The notes below the pieces were generated by a model, which searched no databases, was not told where the DNA came from, and saw only the letters and a program-made list of their open reading frames with translations. DNA of 55,877 nucleotides from IMG/VR virus record IMGVR_UViG_3300045988_101944, one strand, 5' to 3'. Source of the stretch: a virus. The translations under genes were made by a program, and so were the position numbers. Numbering within the stretch: the first letter of the stretch is position 1; each line of letters starts with the position of its first letter. Shown here piece after piece: positions 51,542 through 55,877 of this stretch.

Positions 51542-52195
51542 TTATGCCGCTGTTAATTTTAAAGTTGATGAAGTAATAAAATGTTTGATTTCATTATATC
51601 CCCATCCACAATTAACAAGACCGCTTACTATCATTTCTATGGACTGGACTTTTGCAAGTTCCTCTACTGTGAAATAATCACGCAAATTAGCCTTTTTATC
51701 AATTCCATATTCTTCTCTTAACTGCTTTGCTGTCTTGCAAAATACAGCCCTATATACAATGTCAGTATAAACAGAATATGCGTGTCCGTGCATACGCTCG
51801 TTTTCTTTCGACATTTGAATTGCTTTTGTAAGTGATTGCCTAACCGCAATGCCTTTTTCTCTTTCTATCAACTTGCCTTTAAGAAGTTCTTCCATCTCAT
51901 TAAATTGATTGATGTAGGCTAACTTAAATTTCATAGCCTTTTCTCCTGTATAGCCCATTACTAAAAGTGTAAAGCCATCTCGGTTCATAAGATACATTGG
52001 ATTTTTCTTGCCGTTTGATGCAACATAATCACTTTCATAGAATAGCCCCGAAAATTCGGTGCTACTAATTTTCTCCCGTATAGCTCTTATTTCCTCTATG
52101 ACATGGTAATGTTCCTTTTCAAAAGTTTTCGCTACATCAAGACTTGTTACTACAGTTACCTCTTTTTTGCTTAATTTTCTTGTTTCTACTAACAT
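51542..52195 (-). CDS. Rha-family phage regulatory protein
   Basis: Start at the ATG at 52195 after GGAGG. Contains TSLDVAKTFEKEHYHVIEEI...PMYLMNRDGFTLLVMGYTGEKAMKFKLAYINQF. Confidence 0.7.
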   Translation of the reverse strand: MLVETRKLSKKEVTVVTSLDVAKTFEKEHYHVIEEIRAIREKISSTEFSGLFYESDYVASNGKKNPMYLMNRDGFTLLVMGYTGEKAMKFKLAYINQFNEMEELLKGKLIEREKGIAVRQSLTKAIQMSKENERMHGHAYSVYTDIVYRAVFCKTAKQLREEYGIDKKANLRDYFTVEELAKVQSIEMIVSGLVNCGWGYNEIKHFITSSTLKLTAA

Positions 52196-52410
52196 AGTAT
52201 CATTCCTCCAGTTGATATTTTTTGTTATTCTATCCATGTGTGTATCATAAATTTATGTACATTTTTCATGGAATGTATCAACTCTAGCCTATAAACTGCA
52301 TACAAAGATTGTCTTTATTTAAAAATCATTAACAATATAAAGTTTTCAAAGTTCAAAACAGGCTACAGATATTGCTATCTATAGCCCTAGATTGTCGGAA
52401 AATATTATTC

Positions 52411-53073
52411 TCAAATCTTAGAAACAAGCGTACTAAGTTTTGTTCTTAAAAGATTTTTTTCCTCTGCGGTCATGTCACCGAGCAAGTGTGTAATGTCTGT
52501 TGACAACTCTTTCATGTAGCTGTCAAGGGATTTCATCTTATGCTCTTTATCTTCCTGAGTGTTCCCTTTGTGTAACTCTTTTGTTTCTGTATAGTTACGC
52601 TTTGCCCTGTCATAGTTGCTTTCAGAGTAGTTTCTTGACATATTATTGCTACCACTCACATTGCTTGCAGGTTCGCTGTAATACATCTTTCCTCTATCAT
52701 CCCTATCCATGTCTCTCATACGCTCTCTTTCGTCGTATTCAGGGTACATATGATAATATGGCGGTTCTTCATATCCTCTGCGTGTTCCGCGACCTTTAGG
52801 GGCAAATCTGCCGTTTGCATAGCGGTAAGCGTCGTAATATCTTCTGTCCGGATAATCTTCGTACTGTTCAAGCATACGCATAATATCTTCATTATCTTCT
52901 GACTTTTCCATAGCTTCAACAATTCTGTAATCCTTGTCAAAGCAAGCTATATTCTTCGCTATTTCTGTAAAATCCTTTAAATCGTCAAGGTTCTGCCCCT
53001 CAAAATTGTCAATTCCAATTCCGTCAACTTTTGTCTTAACACATTCCATAATCTGTTTAGCCCATTTGTGCAT
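52411..53073 (-). CDS. Charged, Tyr/Arg/Asp-rich low-complexity protein (cargo block)
   Basis: 220 aa. Contains RRYYDAYRYANGRFAPKGRGTRRGYEEPPYYHMYPEYDERERMRDMDRDDRGKMYY. Confidence 0.55.
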   Translation of the reverse strand: MHKWAKQIMECVKTKVDGIGIDNFEGQNLDDLKDFTEIAKNIACFDKDYRIVEAMEKSEDNEDIMRMLEQYEDYPDRRYYDAYRYANGRFAPKGRGTRRGYEEPPYYHMYPEYDERERMRDMDRDDRGKMYYSEPASNVSGSNNMSRNYSESNYDRAKRNYTETKELHKGNTQEDKEHKMKSLDSYMKELSTDITHLLGDMTAEEKNLLRTKLSTLVSKI

Positions 53074-53077
53074 ATCA

Positions 53078-53497
53078 TCAAGCCTCCCTTACTGCAATCA
53101 AATTACTGTTCTGAACCTCGATAGCCTGCGTGGACGTATTCTGCACGGCTACGGTACTGCAACAACCGCAAGGCACATCAACGTATGCCTGTGCTGATAC
53201 ATTAAAGAAATTCTCAACTGCGGCTGGCGTTACAATCATCTTCGTTGACTGCAAAGGCTCTCCGTCAACCGCGATTGCAAGTGAAATCTCTCCAACTGTG
53301 CCGCCTGTCGGAATCTGAATGTTTCCGGAATACGATACCAAAAATCTAGCCTTGCACTGATTGGTGATACCTCTTAACTTGATAATTCCACTTCCCTGTC
53401 TGTGTACGATACATTTTGTTCCGTTTACTGCTGTTTCTGTAAACGCAACATCTTCTCCGACGGCAACTGTTTGTAACGCAATTCCTGTTATTTCCAT
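53078..53497 (-). CDS. Small beta-rich protein; tentative BclA-C-terminal/C1q-like fold
   Basis: 139 aa. The pattern VAFTE..NGT..IVHRQGSG.I.LRG...ARFLVSYSGNIQIPTGGTVGEISLAIAVDGEP...VQNTS...NSNL resembles, from memory, clostridial exosporium-type domains. Confidence 0.3.
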   Translation of the reverse strand: MEITGIALQTVAVGEDVAFTETAVNGTKCIVHRQGSGIIKLRGITNQCKARFLVSYSGNIQIPTGGTVGEISLAIAVDGEPLQSTKMIVTPAAVENFFNVSAQAYVDVPCGCCSTVAVQNTSTQAIEVQNSNLIAVREA

Positions 53498-53763
53498 TAT
53501 TTTTACCTCTCTTTCATAAAAATAAGGGCAAACATTATAGCCTGCCCTTTGATTATAAGTAATACTGCTTAGCAGACATAATCTCGTTTAAATCTTGTTT
53601 TAATTTGTTAATGCCAAATTAAAAACAAGTTAAGCTTAATTAAGATACTTTATTGTTTTAAGCCTTTTTGAAAGCTTTTATTTTTTTAGTTAAGTTTTTT
53701 CCAACAATGCCATATATAAAAGAATTACTATCAAAAAATCAAAATCTTCATATTCTTCTTTCA

Positions 53764-54543
53764 TTAGCAGCCACATCCTGTATTGCAACCACATCCATAA
53801 GCATAAGCATTAGGATTAGGCACAACATAGGCTGGAATAGCTGTAGGATTTACAGAGTTGACAATCTGCTGTGTCTGTGCGCTCATGGCAGAAGTCAGAA
53901 GTGCGTTCTGTCTATCCTGTGAAGCAGCTCTTCTCAAATCGTTATTCTCTGCCTGTAAAGTTGCAATCTTGTCATTTGTCAGGAAGTCAAGGATTGCCCT
54001 TGTTCCTGCCTGCTGGCTGTCAATAATATCTCTTGTATTATTGTTCATTGTGTTCTGTAAAGCACAAGTGTTAGTAGCCATGTTGTAGTTTACACCCTGA
54101 ATGGCTTCTCTTGTCTCACAGCAACAGTTTGCAAGCTGTGACTGCAAAGCGTTTGTATTCTGCATATTAGCGACTGTATCAGCGTTAATAGCCTGTTGGA
54201 TGCCGTAGCCTGTCTGCATAATGTTTGTATTTATGCCATTGAAGCCTGTGAGCATACTGTTGTTCATAGCATAGAAACCGTCACAAAGTCCGTTAGAAAT
54301 GCCGTCAAGTTTTGAAACAACAGCCTGATTATCAAATCCACGCTGAATAGCACTGTCTGTATAAGCGGCGGCAGTAGAACCCATTCCATTACCGTTACCC
54401 CAGCCGTTGTTACCAAAACCACCCCAGCCGAAAATAAGAAGAATGACAATCCACCATGCTCCGTCTCCCCACATACCGTCATTGTTTCTGTTATTGCCTG
54501 TTACTGCCGCAATATCGGCAAGGCTAACTCCGTTGTTAAACAT
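53764..54543 (-). CDS. Asn/Gly/Gln-rich membrane protein with a C-terminal GCGCNTGCGC tail
   Basis: 259 aa. Contains the transmembrane segment AWWIVILLIFGWGGFG, a CCC motif and a terminal Cys-Gly repeat. Confidence 0.55.
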   Translation of the reverse strand: MFNNGVSLADIAAVTGNNRNNDGMWGDGAWWIVILLIFGWGGFGNNGWGNGNGMGSTAAAYTDSAIQRGFDNQAVVSKLDGISNGLCDGFYAMNNSMLTGFNGINTNIMQTGYGIQQAINADTVANMQNTNALQSQLANCCCETREAIQGVNYNMATNTCALQNTMNNNTRDIIDSQQAGTRAILDFLTNDKIATLQAENNDLRRAASQDRQNALLTSAMSAQTQQIVNSVNPTAIPAYVVPNPNAYAYGCGCNTGCGC

Positions 54544-54620
54544 ATTAGTTTACCTCCATTTGATTTATTTACAAATAGGGAACCTTGGTTTTTATTGTCC
54601 GGACAAAACCCTAATATGTA

Positions 54621-54851
54621 CTATTTTTGAATTTGTTTTTGAATTTCCTGTATATTTAATCCCTGTTCATTCATAAAATTACCAAGAATTTGCTGTGCTC
54701 CATTCATGTCGCCACTGTTTATTTTTTGCAACATATTTTTTGCCATGGGATTTCCTTGATTTGCCGCTTGCTCTAATGCTTTCATAGCGGCTTCTTTTGG
54801 ATTTTTTATATTTTTAATCTGATTTAACATCTGCATAATCTGATTATTCAT
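54621..54851 (-). CDS. Small Asn/Gln-rich helical protein
   Basis: 76 aa track ORF. Confidence 0.45.
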   Translation of the reverse strand: MNNQIMQMLNQIKNIKNPKEAAMKALEQAANQGNPMAKNMLQKINSGDMNGAQQILGNFMNEQGLNIQEIQKQIQK

Positions 54852-55368
54852 TTACACCGCCCTCCTTTTTTAAAGTCGAAGTTTTCCTTTGAGCAGTCGA
54901 ACTTTTGCACATCTTGTTTTCTAACTCGTCAAATTTATTAAAAATTTCATCAAACTTCTGCATAAATACCGCTGTGCTTTCGTCTGATAGGTCAATTTTC
55001 AAGTTTTCGATATTTTCTGTATTATTTATGCCCTGACTGTTTTTGGGTTCTGTATAAGGCTTATAAACAACTGTTTTTATTGAGCCGTCTGCACCCCATT
55101 GTTTTGCGTATATTTCTGTTAAATCCTGTTTAGGAAAAAATGCAACTGAGCCATCCATAGGTACATCATTAGCCGCAATTTGTTCAACTGCTGTCACCAT
55201 TCTGCCATTTATCCCTGTTTGCATTTGTAAATTCTGTTGTTGTGGTACTTGCTGAACTGGCTGTTGCGGCAACTGCTGTTCCTGAAATCTTTGCATCGGG
55301 TTGTACGGATACGCATTATAACCCGGTGTATAAGTCATCATCTGTGGTTGATAAGGATTGTTTATCAT
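54844..55368 (-). CDS. Protein with a Pro/Gln/Tyr-rich N terminus
   Basis: 174 aa beginning MINNPYQPQMMTYTPGYNAYPYNPMQRFQEQQLPQQPVQQVPQQQN. Confidence 0.55.
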   Translation of the reverse strand: MINNPYQPQMMTYTPGYNAYPYNPMQRFQEQQLPQQPVQQVPQQQNLQMQTGINGRMVTAVEQIAANDVPMDGSVAFFPKQDLTEIYAKQWGADGSIKTVVYKPYTEPKNSQGINNTENIENLKIDLSDESTAVFMQKFDEIFNKFDELENKMCKSSTAQRKTSTLKKEGGVNE

Positions 55369-55486
55369 GTTCTCTCTCCTCTAATACATCCTCAATAACG
55401 CTAAACAATATTGTTTGAGTTACTAAGTCTAATTTTTGTATTTGTTCCCGTGAGAGTAATCGCTCTCTTAAATCTTCGTCGTACAT
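55316..55486 (-). CDS. Possible small ORF (56 aa) at the head of the cargo block
   Basis: ATG after GGAGAGTG. It overlaps the next gene by about 50 nt, so it is uncertain. Confidence 0.25.
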   Translation of the reverse strand: MYDEDLRERLLSREQIQKLDLVTQTILFSVIEDVLEEREHDKQSLSTTDDDLYTGL

Positions 55487-55523
55487 TTCAATCACTCTCC
55501 TTTTTGTAATTTTATTTTCACAT

Positions 55524-55545
55524 AAAAAAAGCCGCTTAAAGCGAC
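55524..55545 (-). terminator. Rho-independent terminator downstream of the integrase gene
   Basis: The minus strand reads GTCGC-TTTAA-GCGGC followed by TTTTTTT. Confidence 0.6.
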
Positions 55546-55583
55546 AGAAAAACGACAGTTTAACGACACAAAAACGACAGTTT
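55540..55583. repeat. 2 x 22-bp tandem repeat (AGCGACAGAAAAACGACAGTTT / AACGACACAAAAACGACAGTTT)
   Basis: Direct reading. The two units match at 19 of 22 positions. Confidence 0.85.
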
Positions 55584-55663
55584 GATTTTATTTAATTGTA
55601 AAAAGTACGATAAGCACGGCATTAGCACTAACTTAATGCCATTGGCACAGCGTATAGTAAGTG

Positions 55664-55877
55664 CTAAAAATTCTTTAACTGTATTTCAATATCTCCATTG
55701 ACTATAACAATCTTATCAATTATACTTTTAAGTATAATATTTTTATCTTTTTTGTCGATGCTGTCCCAAACATCGGCAATTTTTTTTATGTTTTTATAAG
55801 TAACGCTTTTCTTCCTATTTAAATTGGTATTCGACCTTTCAGTTTCAAGCTGTTCTTTTAAACTTTTGATAGTATTG
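55664..55877 (-). CDS. Large serine recombinase, C-terminal part (continuation of 1..1247 across the circular junction)
   Basis: The frame is continuous on the circle: ...RKKSVTYKNIKKIADVWDSIDKKDKNIILKSIIDKIVIVNGDIEIQLKNF, ending at the stop at 55664-55666. 1247 + 115 unique nt = 1362 nt = 454 codons. Confidence 0.85.
   Translation of the reverse strand, partial: NTIKSLKEQLETERSNTNLNRKKSVTYKNIKKIADVWDSIDKKDKNIILKSIIDKIVIVNGDIEIQLKNF

Overview
The window is a complete, circularly closed genome of a temperate siphovirus-like phage. Bases 1-99 are identical to 55779-55877, so the unit length is 55,778 bp. The A+T-rich sequence and the gene families present suggest a Clostridia-like Firmicute host. 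Almost every gene is on the minus strand. Reading that strand from high to low coordinates gives the following order. First comes a five-gene cargo block of low-complexity, surface-like proteins (55368-52411). Next are Rha, HExxH and XRE regulators with a small plus-strand cassette (52195-49627). Then come an HNH endonuclease, a 39-bp phased repeat array and the small terminase (49185-47651). A 1.45-kb non-coding tRNA island follows (46533-45094). After it come about 12 small ORFs, an RtcB RNA ligase and the large terminase. The structural module continues with portal, scaffold, capsid, connectors with an embedded holin, tail tube, chaperones, an embedded amidase, a 1854-aa tape measure and the tail fibres. 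The lysogeny switch follows, with an XRE repressor on the plus strand, three GTAC-TTT-GTAC operators and a LexA-boxed consensus promoter driving a 43-aa ORF. The early genes come last: antirepressors, an exonuclease/annealing protein/RusA set, a replisome organiser and loader, many zinc-ribbon proteins, and a PAPS-reductase-like gene with an in-frame TGA at the second Cys position of a CxxC-type motif as recalled from homologues. A large serine integrase spans the circular junction. The most unusual content is the tRNA island. It has 3 canonical tRNAs (Gln, Asn, Ser) and one tRNA-Trp with a reduced D arm. It also holds several tRNA-like genes with sound acceptor and T arms but grossly expanded or non-canonical anticodon domains, all separated by 190-250-nt hairpin-rich spacers. 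The phage-encoded RtcB lies about 3 kb downstream on the same strand. All structures were folded by eye and all protein calls rest on motif recognition. No searches were run.
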